NCBI GenBank assembly: GCA_965237775.1
Contig: OZ250155.1
Span: forward strand, 4,948,071 to 5,012,070
Reading direction: 5' to 3'
DNA: 64,000 nucleotides
From: Dehalococcoidia bacterium
GTDB taxonomy: Bacteria; Chloroflexota; Dehalococcoidia; Lucifugimonadales; UBA3495
Shown here: positions 9,254 through 18,709 of the stretch, in pieces
Layout: each line of letters begins with the position of its first letter
How positions within the stretch are numbered: the first letter of the stretch is position 1
The notes under the pieces: model-generated
Databases searched by the model: none
The model's input: the letters and a program-made list of their open reading frames with translations, nothing else
Told to the model about the DNA's origin: nothing
Made by a program: the position numbers and the translations under genes

Positions 9254-9697
9254 TTACTGTTCGTCTTCGGGTTCGGTGTATTCCAGGCGGCGCAAGCGAG
9301 GATAGACCAGCTCCTTCGGATGTTGGAAGTCATGGTCCGAGATGTCCGCCGATTCATCCATTCTTCGAGTTCCCCATTGATCGATGGCTTGCTGGAGCAA
9401 CAGCCTCACCACCTGGGGCGACCTGCCTTCCAGGCGGCCCAGTTGGTAGGCCAAAGTTACCGCAAGCTGGTTCCTGGTGATCTGCTCGAAGGCGGAAGGG
9501 TCATTCAAGTCTTCAGGCATACCCCCGCATTGCTCGAGGAAATCATCGAGGACTTGCCCCAGAATATCGGGCAAGCCTCCCAACTCTATCTCCGTCATGT
9601 AGCCGGTGAGCTTATCGGTCAGGTCGATGATCCCATCCTCGGGCAATAGGACCCCATCGAGGTCCACCTCCGGACCGCCGTTCGGATCTTCCGCCAT
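9254..9697 (-). CDS. hypothetical acidic protein
   Basis: The ORF track gives 9254-9808; the start was chosen at MAEDPNGG. No recognisable family. The codon usage looks host-like. Confidence 0.4.
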   Translation of the reverse strand: MAEDPNGGPEVDLDGVLLPEDGIIDLTDKLTGYMTEIELGGLPDILGQVLDDFLEQCGGMPEDLNDPSAFEQITRNQLAVTLAYQLGRLEGRSPQVVRLLLQQAIDQWGTRRMDESADISDHDFQHPKELVYPRLRRLEYTEPEDEQ

Positions 9698-9874
9698 TTG
9701 GTCTGGCTCCCTGTGTCCGGACTCCGCCCTTCTCAAATTACACATCCGGCCTAAAGTACCGGCATACGCAACACAGAAAGGCGGGAGGGCTAAGCTGAAG
9801 TACTGCATTTTAGCACGGGCAGTACCGGGACGAGGACTGTTCCGGGCGGTTGCGCTCCTGGCAGCCGGTACGGG

Positions 9875-10576
9875 CTATCCACCCATAGCCAGGGACGTTA
9901 GAAGCCGCACCGGGGGGCCGATCACGCCCCAAAGAATGCCCAGGCCGAACAGGTAGTCAAACATCACCAGACCCACCAGGAGTACCGGGCCATATCGCTG
10001 AAACTGGTCATAGGTCTGTTGGTGCTGGCTTGGGATAAGTCCGCCTACCACCTTGGAACCGTCCAGGGGAGCCAACGGGATGAGGTTGAACACCGCCAAC
10101 AGGAAATTGAAGAGGACCGTAAGCCCCAATATGGCCGCAATGAACTCCTCCGCCCCTCCTCCTCTCACGTCCGCCACCCAGTCCAACCGGAATATGCGAA
10201 CGTCCACTATTCCTAGCCTAATCGGCGCAGCCAGCAGGAAAGCAATGATCAGGTTCGAGATTGGCCCCGCACCCGCTACCAGGGATACACCGGTCAAGCC
10301 ATGGGCCAACCTGCGCTCATTTACCGGAACGGGCTTCCCCCAGCCAAACCCGGCCACCAGGAACATAAGAGACCCGCTGGGGTCCAGGTGCCTCAACGGA
10401 TTCAACGACACTCTCCCCTGATGCCTGGCCGTGCGGTCCCCCAAAGCGCTGGCCACGAAAGCGTGGCTGAATTCATGGACGGTGACCGCGACGATTAGGG
10501 CCAAGGCCGTCAGCCCCACCAGGAGCAGGAAGCTGATAGGGTCGTCCAGAAGCAGTTGCCGGGAACTAATTAACAT
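9875..10576 (-). CDS. site-2 protease (peptidase M50) family protein
   Basis: HEFSHAFVA (HExxH) lies in the first TM region, with multiple hydrophobic segments and an LNLIPLAPLDGSKV (NxxPxxPxDG) motif. Confidence 0.8.
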   Translation of the reverse strand: MLISSRQLLLDDPISFLLLVGLTALALIVAVTVHEFSHAFVASALGDRTARHQGRVSLNPLRHLDPSGSLMFLVAGFGWGKPVPVNERRLAHGLTGVSLVAGAGPISNLIIAFLLAAPIRLGIVDVRIFRLDWVADVRGGGAEEFIAAILGLTVLFNFLLAVFNLIPLAPLDGSKVVGGLIPSQHQQTYDQFQRYGPVLLVGLVMFDYLFGLGILWGVIGPPVRLLTSLAMGG

Positions 10577-10606
10577 GGGTTATTGAACACGGGGCGCAGC
10601 GGCCCG

Positions 10607-11383
10607 TTATTCAGGTTCCTCTTCCTCGTCCTCCCGTTCCGGTTCGCTAAGCGACGGGAACACAGAAGAGGGTACCGTTGCACTGGGCCTGTCCCGGCGG
10701 CGGGAGCGCTGGCGCGGCATGTCCAACAGGTTTGACTTCAGCTCCTGCATAGCCTCCGAGGACACCGACCCGACGTCCAGCGCCAGACCGTGAACACCGA
10801 CGTTGCGAATCGCCTCCAGGTCGTCTTTTTCGGGAGGCTGAGCCAAATGCAAAAGAACGTACTTGTCCACACGGCGGCTAACGCCGGCAACCCTGGCGAT
10901 GTCCGCCAACGTCCACGCGCCCGAATGGCCGGTCATGTCCACCAGAAGAACGTCTACCGGCAAGGAGTCAATCCCCCGGACTTGGCTGGTCGAAAGATCG
11001 GGCTCTATGCGCAAAATGCGGGCGAGGTCGTCGGATGACAGGGCGGATGCCTGGGTCCCTTCGAGCCTAAACACCAGAACGTCGCACCCGGCCTCCTTGT
11101 AAGCCTTAACGTCATCTCCGGTTAGGGAATCGGAACTGACTCCCCAGGGTGTGGACGACAACGCATCTTTCAACGACAGCAGCCCATTGGGGCTTTCGGC
11201 CCCGGCAAGGATCGCCGCTTCCGGGCCCAGGCCGCTTACCGCCGCGCAGCCATCCGCGTGGTTGCCTGACACCAGGGCAACCAAGGCCATGCCAGGGTTT
11301 CGTTCGGCGCGTGACACACCAAATCCCAACGGGGTCGGTGTGTTCTGACTAATCCGCTCAAGTTGGTCCAAAAACCTGCTCAT
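10607..11383 (-). CDS. hypothetical protein with acidic C-terminal tail
   Basis: 258-aa ORF with no overlapping competitor of comparable quality. Family not recognised. Confidence 0.5.
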   Translation of the reverse strand: MSRFLDQLERISQNTPTPLGFGVSRAERNPGMALVALVSGNHADGCAAVSGLGPEAAILAGAESPNGLLSLKDALSSTPWGVSSDSLTGDDVKAYKEAGCDVLVFRLEGTQASALSSDDLARILRIEPDLSTSQVRGIDSLPVDVLLVDMTGHSGAWTLADIARVAGVSRRVDKYVLLHLAQPPEKDDLEAIRNVGVHGLALDVGSVSSEAMQELKSNLLDMPRQRSRRRDRPSATVPSSVFPSLSEPEREDEEEEPE

Positions 11384-11488
11384 TCGTTGATTCTCCCTGA
11401 TTCTCCCAGTAGTCGCCGGGCAAAATTAATGGGTCCTAGAAGAGGGTCCATAACCGACCCCGGACTCAGTCAAGGCCCCGGTGATTAT

Positions 11489-11506
11489 ACCGTATATGTA
11501 TACGGT
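11489..11506. promoter_or_regulatory. 18-bp palindrome, possible operator
   Basis: ACCGTATA-TG-TATACGGT has perfect 8-bp arms. It lies in the divergent intergenic region between 10607-11383(-) and the DUF1800 operon(+). Confidence 0.3.
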
Positions 11507-11658
11507 TGTGGTCACGGCGGGCTAGACCTCGGAGCCGGGATGAGGAAGGGCCGGTAGGTGCTTGCCGACGTGGGCAAACAGACTAAATTGTGGAAGTTGA
11601 TACTATCTTTTAATGGTTATTATAAATGACTTGTAGTCTAACAGAACGGCCGAAATTG

Positions 11659-11687
11659 TTGACATCGGTACTGCCGTGCAATATCAT
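11659..11687 (+). promoter_or_regulatory. sigma70-like promoter upstream of the DUF1800 gene
   Basis: TTGACA, a 17-nt spacer, then TATCAT, located 71 nt upstream of the ATG at 11758. Confidence 0.4.
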
Positions 11688-11757
11688 CTTGAGTATCTTA
11701 CCAGGCGATTCAGGGTTGCAAAACCCAGGGAAAACAAATCTGAAAAGGAGGCACCGA

Positions 11758-13167
11758 ATGGCAAACAAGGAAGATCTCGCTCAGATGGCCCACCTGATGC
11801 GCCGCGCCGGTTTCAGCGCGACCAGAGAAGAACTGCAAGAGCGGGTTGCCAAGGGGTACGAGGCCACCGTCGAGGAACTCGTGAATCCCCCCGCGAACAA
11901 GCCCGAAGACAAAGCCGGGCCCTTCGCGATGGTCACTCGCTATCATCCCAGCACCCTCCTCCCAGGCGGAGTGCCCACTCTCGGACAGGCTAGCTGGATG
12001 TACAGCATGGTCAACACCGAGAGGCCCTTGGAAGAGAAGATGGCCCTCTTCTGGCACCACGTTTTCGCCACCGGCAATTCCAAGGTGGACAACTGCGACC
12101 AGTTGTTGGAGCAGCTAGACATGCTCCGCGAGAATGGCCTCGGAAACTACCGGGACATGCTCATTAAGCTGTCCAAGAACCCGGCCATGATCTACTGGCT
12201 GGACAACAACGAGAACCACCGTGACGCCGTCAACGAGAACTGGGGACGTGAGCTTCTGGAGCTCTTCTCCATGGGCGTCAGCAACTACACCGAGGTGGAC
12301 GTACGGGAAGCCTCCCGCGCCTTCACCGGCTGGACCATCACGCCGAAGATCCCTCGCCTGCCCTATGGCCGCTTCCCATGGCGGTTCGAGTTCAAGGAAG
12401 AGGACCACGACGACGGCGAGAAGACCTTCTTGGGCCACTCCGGCAAACTCAACGGTGAGGACATCATCGACATCATCGTGAACGAGCCGGCCACCGCCCG
12501 CTTCATCTGCCGCCACCTGTACAACTTCTTCGTGGCCGATGAGGTCCAGGTTCCTGCGTGGACCATTGAGCCCGCCCGCGACGAAGAGGCCCTGGACATG
12601 ATGTGCACCGCGTTCGAAGAGTCCGGTTACGAGATGAAGGCCGTTCTCAACCTCATGTTCAACTCCGAGTTCTTCAAGAACTCCCGATTTGCCAAGATCA
12701 AGAGCCCCGCTGAAGTCGTCGCCAGCACCCTGCGCCTGGCCGGGTCATGGGACCTACCCAAGCCCGGAATCAGGGACATCGGCTTACAGCCCGGGTACAT
12801 GGGTCAGTCGATTCTCGATCCCCCCAGCGTTGAGGGTTGGTACACTGGCCGCGAGTGGATCAACAGCGGTTCCCTCCTGGCCCGGATTAACTTTGTGGCC
12901 GACCACGTGGCCGACACGAACCTGCCCGGCGTGCAGAACATCATCACCGGCATGAAGTCTGATGGTATCTCCACCCCCGAGCAGCTTCTCGAGGCTTCCC
13001 TGGAGCACATGGGGTACCTTGAGATCAGCGACGAGACCCGCCAACAGCTTTTGGACCACGCCAAGAGCGGCGGCAACATGGACTGGATGAACGAGGAAGC
13101 CTCCGGCGTCCGCGTCGGTGAGATGCTGGCCCTGGTCGGCGCGACCACCGAGTACCAGTTCGGCTAG
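11758..13167 (+). CDS. DUF1800 domain-containing protein
   Basis: ATG at 11758 follows AAAAGGAGG. Family-typical segments: MALFWHHVFATGNSKV, MIYWLDNNENHR, NENWGRELLELFSMGV, REASRAFTGWT. Confidence 0.8.
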   Translation: MANKEDLAQMAHLMRRAGFSATREELQERVAKGYEATVEELVNPPANKPEDKAGPFAMVTRYHPSTLLPGGVPTLGQASWMYSMVNTERPLEEKMALFWHHVFATGNSKVDNCDQLLEQLDMLRENGLGNYRDMLIKLSKNPAMIYWLDNNENHRDAVNENWGRELLELFSMGVSNYTEVDVREASRAFTGWTITPKIPRLPYGRFPWRFEFKEEDHDDGEKTFLGHSGKLNGEDIIDIIVNEPATARFICRHLYNFFVADEVQVPAWTIEPARDEEALDMMCTAFEESGYEMKAVLNLMFNSEFFKNSRFAKIKSPAEVVASTLRLAGSWDLPKPGIRDIGLQPGYMGQSILDPPSVEGWYTGREWINSGSLLARINFVADHVADTNLPGVQNIITGMKSDGISTPEQLLEASLEHMGYLEISDETRQQLLDHAKSGGNMDWMNEEASGVRVGEMLALVGATTEYQFG

Positions 13168-13185
13168 ACATTCGCCACGCTAAGG

Positions 13186-13350
13186 ACGGCCCTTCGACTT
13201 CGGCTCAGGGTGAGCGGGTGGAAATTCCCCGCCCATCCTGAGCAGAAGCCAAACAGGGACATCCTGGGCCAGACCCAATCCCGCTCATCCTGAGCCAGAG
13301 GCAAACCCCCGCTCATCCTGAGCGGAGCGCAGCGGAGTCGAAGGACCCGC
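13186..13350. repeat. cluster of REP-like repeats (CCCGCYCATCCTGAGC / GTCGAAGG family)
   Basis: There are three direct copies of CCCGC(C/T)CATCCTGAGC, at about 13229, 13280 and 13308. One inverted copy (GGCCCTTCGACTTCGGCTCAGGGTGAGCGGG, 13188-13218) faces CCCGCTCATCCTGAGCGGAGCGCAGCGGAGTCGAAGGACC (13309-13348). Confidence 0.7.
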
Positions 13351-13382
13351 TAACTAGAGCAATCCTTAAAGGAGTTTAGAGC

Positions 13383-14510
13383 ATGACCTCTACGAAGAAA
13401 GACCCAGTCATCGTAGTCTTGCAGCTCACCGGCGGCAACGACTACTTCAACACCGTCATTCCCTACAACGACCCTCTCTACTACGACAACCGTCCCGCCG
13501 TTCAGTACCGGCAAGAAGACATCATCAAGGTCGACGACCAACTCGGCTTCGCGCCCACCATGGGCCCCATCAAGGAGCTTTACGACCAGGGTAAGGTCGC
13601 CGTTCTCCACGGCATAGGCTACGCCGACTCCCCCAGGTCCCACTTCCGCTCCATGGACATCTGGCACACCTGCGAGCCGGACAAGGTCGGCACCGAGGGT
13701 TGGGCCGGCAGGCTCGCCCGCGAGCTGGACCCCAACAAGGAGAACGTTCTCTCCGCCATCAACTTCGGCCATGGCCTCCCACGCGCCCTGGTGGTCCCCG
13801 GTGTCCCCGTAGCCGCCATCGCCGATCTCGAGACCTACGGCGTCCTCACCGGCATCAGTGACGAGTCCCAGCGCCTAAAGGCCCTGGACCTCTTCGCGCG
13901 CATGTACTCCCCCGCCGTCGGTTCCGGCATGGTCACCGACTATCTCCGCTCCACCGGCATGGAAGCCATGACCGGCGCGGACATCGTCAAAGTAGCCCCT
14001 GAGATGTATTCCTCCAGCGTCGAGTACCCCAATTCCCCCATCTCCGCTCACCTGAAGGACATCGCTCAGGTCTACTTGGCCGACCTGGGCACCCGCATCT
14101 TCTACACCCAGCACGGCTCCTTCGACACCCACGCCGGCGAGGCTGGCGCGCATCCCACCCTGTGGAAGGACGTCTCAGAGGGCATCTCCGCCTTCTTCGA
14201 AGACCTCCACGCCCACGGCCAGGGTGACAACGTACTGATGTACCTCTTCACCGAGTTCGGACGCCGCGTCCACGACAACGGATCGGGCACCGACCACGGC
14301 GCGGCCGGCGCGGCCTTCGCCATCGGCGACCCCGTCAAGGGCGGCATGTACGGCCGGTACCCCTCGGCCAAGGCCGAGGACCTGGAACAGGGCGACCTGG
14401 TACCCAACTACGACTTCCGCGGCGGCTACACCACCATCCTGGAAGACTGGTTCGGCCTCGACGCCAAGCCCATCGTCAACGGCTCTTTTGAGAAGCACCA
14501 CTTCCTCTAG
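13383..14510 (+). CDS. DUF1501 domain-containing (sulfatase-fold) protein
   Basis: RBS AAAGGAG. Family-typical segments: VVLQLTGGNDYFNTVIPY, HGIGYADSPRSHFRSMDIWHT, GSFDTHA, FTEFGRRVHDNGSGTDHG. Confidence 0.85.
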   Translation: MTSTKKDPVIVVLQLTGGNDYFNTVIPYNDPLYYDNRPAVQYRQEDIIKVDDQLGFAPTMGPIKELYDQGKVAVLHGIGYADSPRSHFRSMDIWHTCEPDKVGTEGWAGRLARELDPNKENVLSAINFGHGLPRALVVPGVPVAAIADLETYGVLTGISDESQRLKALDLFARMYSPAVGSGMVTDYLRSTGMEAMTGADIVKVAPEMYSSSVEYPNSPISAHLKDIAQVYLADLGTRIFYTQHGSFDTHAGEAGAHPTLWKDVSEGISAFFEDLHAHGQGDNVLMYLFTEFGRRVHDNGSGTDHGAAGAAFAIGDPVKGGMYGRYPSAKAEDLEQGDLVPNYDFRGGYTTILEDWFGLDAKPIVNGSFEKHHFL

Positions 14511-14634
14511 GCCAAGACGATAACCGGCGCATGAGTGCCGCCGGTGAATACAGGTGACTTCGGGGCCGGAGGGAATGGCCCAGCTGGTCTAAACCACCGG
14601 CCCCCGGGTCTACTCGAACGCAGGAGGATTGAGT

Positions 14635-15663
14635 ATGGCGCTGGAAACAGTGGCCGGCGGTCGTGCCTGGATTTATAGCCATCACCTGGGCCGCGGCTCT
14701 GCGGCGGGGATGGGATTCAGCACACCCGTCGGTGTGATTCCCGCCAAGGACGGCGTTCTCTACGTCGCCAACCGCGGGTCGGACACCAACCCCAACCAGC
14801 GGATTTCCAAGGTCACCGTCAACCACGAGTTCATCACTGAATTCGGCAAGACGGGACCCACCTACGGCTCCACTGAAGAGCCTCACTTCGCCTTCCTTAC
14901 GTCCATCGCCATGGACAAGGACGAGAACATTTACGCCGCCGATGAGTGGAAGAACCTCATTTCCGTCTTCGACTCCGAGGGCAATCTGCTCAGGACTTGG
15001 GGCGAAGCGGGAGACGGCGAAGGCCAGCTAAACGGTCCCTCCGGTTGCAGCATCGATACCGACGGCAACCTCTGGATCGTCAACAGCCTCAACAGCCGTG
15101 TCCAAAAATTCTCCTCAGAAGGACAATTCGTCAGCGGCTTCGGCATCAAGGGCGAAGATGAGGGCGAACTGGACATGCCCTGGGGGATGACCATCGACAA
15201 CAACGGAGACATATACGTTGCCGACTGGAACAACCACCGGGTCCAGAAGTTCAACACCAACGGCGACGTGTTGGCCGTATTCGGTTACGGCGGCACCGGC
15301 CCCGGCTCCCTGCGCCACCCCACCGGCGTGGCCGTTGACGGGGAAGGGGACGTTTACGTTGTGGACTGGATGAACGAGCGCGTGGTGATCTACAACTCCG
15401 ACGCCCGCCCCTTGACTTACCTCAAGGGCGACGCTATTGACGTATCACCGTGGGCCCAGATGTCCATCGACGCAAACCCGGACATGCAGCGCCGCCGCCG
15501 CCAGGTCTATGACCTGGAGGACCAGCAGCGCCCGTTCCGGATGCCCGTGGCCTGCGCTTTCGACCAGGAGACCAGCAGGCTGATAGTCTGCGACTCCCAG
15601 CGCAACCGCTTGCAGATCTATGAGAAGGACATGAATTACGCGGACCCACAGTTCAACCTCTAG
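14635..15663 (+). CDS. NHL-repeat beta-propeller protein
   Basis: ATG at 14635 follows AGGAGG. Repeated NHL-like units are present (GQLNGPSGCSIDTDGNLWIVNSLNSRVQKF; MPWGMTIDNNGDIYVADWNNHRVQKF; LRHPTGVAVDGEGDVYVVDWMNERVVIY). Confidence 0.8.
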   Translation: MALETVAGGRAWIYSHHLGRGSAAGMGFSTPVGVIPAKDGVLYVANRGSDTNPNQRISKVTVNHEFITEFGKTGPTYGSTEEPHFAFLTSIAMDKDENIYAADEWKNLISVFDSEGNLLRTWGEAGDGEGQLNGPSGCSIDTDGNLWIVNSLNSRVQKFSSEGQFVSGFGIKGEDEGELDMPWGMTIDNNGDIYVADWNNHRVQKFNTNGDVLAVFGYGGTGPGSLRHPTGVAVDGEGDVYVVDWMNERVVIYNSDARPLTYLKGDAIDVSPWAQMSIDANPDMQRRRRQVYDLEDQQRPFRMPVACAFDQETSRLIVCDSQRNRLQIYEKDMNYADPQFNL

Positions 15664-15692
15664 GTCTGTACCGGCATAGCAGCCAGGTTTTT

Positions 15693-15730
15693 GACCGGCG
15701 CTCAGCTAGCTGAGCGCCGGTCTCTTTTTG
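15693..15730 (+). terminator. rho-independent terminator after the NHL gene
   Basis: Long perfect palindrome GACCGGCGCTCAGCTAGCTGAGCGCCGGTC followed by TCTTTTT. Confidence 0.6.
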
Positions 15731-15731
15731 T

Positions 15732-16820
15732 CTACTGGACCCGGTAGCGTTCGCACGCTTCTTCGTCCAACTCCACTCCCAACCCCGGCTCTTGGGGAGC
15801 CAGTAGGTGTCCGTCTTCCAGCGTCAAGCTGGACTTGAAGATCGGCACGGACCTGGGCATGTATTCAACCAGATGCCCGTTGGGAATCGCCGATAGCAAG
15901 TGGACATGGACTTCCGGGATGACGTGGCCCGCGACGGGAATTCCTCGGGCCTCGGCCAGAGCCGCCACCTTCATCCACGGCGTAATCCCTCCCACACGGG
16001 CCAGGTCTATGATTGCGATGTCCACCGCCCCCGCCTCGAAGGTCTTCTGAAATGGGTCGATCCCGAACAGGTTTTCACCGGCCGCTATCGGGACGTCCAA
16101 CACCTGCTTTAGATGCGCCAACCCGGCAAGGTCCTGTGCTGAGACCGGGTCTTCCAGCCAAACGATGCCCGCCTCCTGGAGCGCGCGGCCGGACGCCACC
16201 GCCTGCGCGGAAGACCAACTTTGCGTAGCGTCAACCATTACCCGCACATCCGGGCCAACCGCCTCTTGCACCGCCCGGAACCTTGCCACCTCTCCCTCCG
16301 GCCGAGCCTCGTGACCTAACCGGAGCTTCACCATGTCGTATCCTTCGGATACATGCTTCTGTGCCGATTCCGCCAGTTGGTCCAGGGGCAGGCTGTACCA
16401 AAGGCCGTCGCTGGCGTAGGCGCGGATGCGGTCGTTATATCCGCCCAACAAGCGGTAGAGAGGCTGCCCCAAAATCTTACCCGCCGCGTCCCACATGGCA
16501 ATGTCCAGACAGCAGAGGGCGACGTTCAGCATCCCGCCGGGGCCTATCCATCCACCGGCGCGAGACAGTCTGGCTCTGGCCGCCTCGGTCTCCAAAACGT
16601 TCATCCCCACAAGGTGCTGTCCCAGTTCCTCGACGCCGTGGGCAACCGTCTTCACCATGTTGCCTCTGGTGGCCACCGCGTACCCGATTCCCTGAACGCC
16701 ATCAACCGTGGTCACACGCGCTAAGACATGATAGTTATGGCTAACCGCGTTCCCGGCAGCCGAATACTCCAATGCTACCGGAGTCTCCAAGACCTCTACG
16801 TTTACCCGCTCTATCTTCAT
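15732..16820 (-). CDS. mandelate racemase/muconate lactonizing enzyme (enolase superfamily) protein
   Basis: The start was taken at MKIERVNVEVL (16820); the ORF is open to 17087. Typical segments: GIGYAV, LDIAMWDAAGKILGQPLYRLLGG, VKLRLG, VMVDATQSW, WLEDP, AAGENL. Confidence 0.85.
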   Translation of the reverse strand: MKIERVNVEVLETPVALEYSAAGNAVSHNYHVLARVTTVDGVQGIGYAVATRGNMVKTVAHGVEELGQHLVGMNVLETEAARARLSRAGGWIGPGGMLNVALCCLDIAMWDAAGKILGQPLYRLLGGYNDRIRAYASDGLWYSLPLDQLAESAQKHVSEGYDMVKLRLGHEARPEGEVARFRAVQEAVGPDVRVMVDATQSWSSAQAVASGRALQEAGIVWLEDPVSAQDLAGLAHLKQVLDVPIAAGENLFGIDPFQKTFEAGAVDIAIIDLARVGGITPWMKVAALAEARGIPVAGHVIPEVHVHLLSAIPNGHLVEYMPRSVPIFKSSLTLEDGHLLAPQEPGLGVELDEEACERYRVQ

Positions 16821-16958
16821 GGCGTCCCTCTGTGGTTTCGTCCGGCAATTTCTCTGGATTATACACTCGGCCTCCTGATGGCATACCATCGCCGTGCGGT
16901 TGGGGAGTATGCTATCATCGTGGCAGCACACCCCTTCGGCGTCACCGAGAGGCCAACG

Positions 16959-17857
16959 ATGACCACGATGCTCCCCTATAATAAACAAGGCGAGATCGAC
17001 TTCGAAGGCCTTTGCTTCGATCCTGACGATCCCCCTCCCCTGCCCGACGCCATGTTCCAGGACGAAATCCTTCAGGAAATGATGCACATTCTTTCCGGTC
17101 GCTACACCGGGATGGGGAGACGCCCGGATGTGTTCCTCAGCAGCAACACCATCCTATGCTACGACCGCAACGACTTAAATGTCCGCGTTTCCCCGACTGT
17201 TACCTAGCATTTGGTGTCGACAAGCTCGCGATCCGGCGCCGGCGGTTATACCTTCCCTGGGAGGTGGGAAAGCCGCCGGACCTGGCGATTGAGCTAGCCT
17301 CGGTTACTACCGCGCGGCATGACGTAACGGGGAAACGTCGAATCTACGCCGAGATAGGGATCTCCGAATACTGGCGGTTTGACCCGACTGGCGGCGACTT
17401 CTACGGGGAACCCTTGGCGGGGGACCGGTTGGTCGACGGCATATATCAACCTTTCGAACTGACCACCGAGCCCGACGGAGTGCTCAAGGGCTACAGCCCT
17501 TTGCTGGATATATGCCTTTGTTGGGCTGACGAGTGGCTCTATTTCTACGTCCCGGCCACGGGGGAATATATCAGAAACCTGCCGGAAGAGATTGCAGCGC
17601 GAGAAGCTGCGGAAGCCAAAGCGGACCAGGAACGCGCGGCGCGAGAGGCTGCCGAAGCCATAATCGCCCAGGAACGCGTGGCGCGAGAAGCTGCCGAAGC
17701 CATAATCGCCCAGGAACGCGTGGCGCGAGAAGCTGCCGAAGCCATAATCGCCCAGGAACGCTCCACGCTATCTCAAGAGCGCGCAGCTCGGGAAGCTGCT
17801 GAGGTCAGACTATTGGCGCTAGAAGAAGAACTGCGCCGCCTGCGGGAGGCTACGTAG
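16959..17857 (+). pseudogene. Uma2 (DUF820) family endonuclease with an apparent 1-nt frameshift and a repetitive C-terminal extension
   Basis: The N-terminal part is in the frame of ORF 16728-17207 (..PDAMFQDEILQEMMHILSGRY..ILCYDRNDLNVRVSP). The remainder is in ORF 17156-17857 (PDCYLAFGVD..PPDLAIELAS..AEIGISEYWRFDP). The frames join at the C-run 17191-17194. Confidence 0.6.
17639..17764 (+). repeat. 42-bp coding tandem repeat, 3 near-perfect units
   Basis: GCGCGAGA(A/G)GCTGCCGAAGCCATAATCGCCCAGGAACGCGTG x3 encodes AREAAEAIIAQERV x3. Degenerate units flank it on both sides. Confidence 0.85.
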
Positions 17858-17884
17858 CGGCCTGCTCCCAGCGGTCTCTAGATT

Positions 17885-18700
17885 ATGCTGCTCTGCATAG
17901 ACATCGGGAACACGGCGGTCACACTGGGAGTGTTCGACGGCGCAAATCTGAGCACCACCCTCCGGGTGGCCACTGACTCGCGCCGCCTGGCCGACGAATA
18001 CGGCGTGCTTCTCACCAATCTGTTCCACCTCAAAGGCATCGAGCCAGACCAGGTAACTGCCGCCTGTGTTTGCAGCGTCGTGCCACCCCTGACGGTGGTC
18101 TTCGAGGAAGTCTGTACTTCCTTCTTCGGAGTTACCCCCGTGGTTGTGCACGTGGGTACCCGGACCGGCCTCAGGATCCTTTACGACAGCCCCAGGGACG
18201 TCGGAGCGGACCGAATCGTCGACGCCGTGGCGGCCATCGAGCTTTACGGCGCGCCCGCCATTGTGGTTGATATCGGCACCGCCACGGTGTTCGACGCCGT
18301 GAACCGCGAGGGAGAATACCTGGGAGGCGCAATAGCTCCGGGGATCAGCCTTGCCGCCGACGCACTGTTCCTAAACACATCCCAGCTCCGGCGGGTGGAA
18401 TTACTTGCCCCCCCAAAGGCCATCGGCCAAAATACCACCACCGCCCTCCAGTCCGGCCTAGTCCTTGGGTACGCCGGCCTGGTTACCAGCATGGTAGAGC
18501 GCTTTAAACAAGAGCTCGGCCGAGACGCGAAAGTGATTGGGACAGGGGGACAAATCGGGATCATCGCCAGAGAGACCGACATTTTCCACGCCATCAACCC
18601 TGACCTCACCCTGGTCGGCCTGCGCCTGATCTACGATATGAACCAGGAGCGCCCCGGAACGTCCGCATCACAGACACCCAGTCCCGTCAGGACAGAGTAG
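17885..18700 (+). CDS. coaX: type III pantothenate kinase
   Basis: MLLCIDIGNTAVTLGVFDG at the N-terminus, plus GADRIVDAVAA, VVDIGTATVFD and GTGG segments. Confidence 0.9.
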   Translation: MLLCIDIGNTAVTLGVFDGANLSTTLRVATDSRRLADEYGVLLTNLFHLKGIEPDQVTAACVCSVVPPLTVVFEEVCTSFFGVTPVVVHVGTRTGLRILYDSPRDVGADRIVDAVAAIELYGAPAIVVDIGTATVFDAVNREGEYLGGAIAPGISLAADALFLNTSQLRRVELLAPPKAIGQNTTTALQSGLVLGYAGLVTSMVERFKQELGRDAKVIGTGGQIGIIARETDIFHAINPDLTLVGLRLIYDMNQERPGTSASQTPSPVRTE

Positions 18701-18709
18701 GAGGGACCG

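Noticed and set aside
11626-15663. Host-wide reassignment of TAG as a sense codon, prompted by the in-frame TAGs in the island.
   Set aside because: Confident backbone genes terminate on TAG at sensible positions (DUF1800 at 13165-13167, DUF1501 at 14508-14510, NHL at 15661-15663, ACAD-like at 3002-3004). The host therefore reads TAG as a stop.
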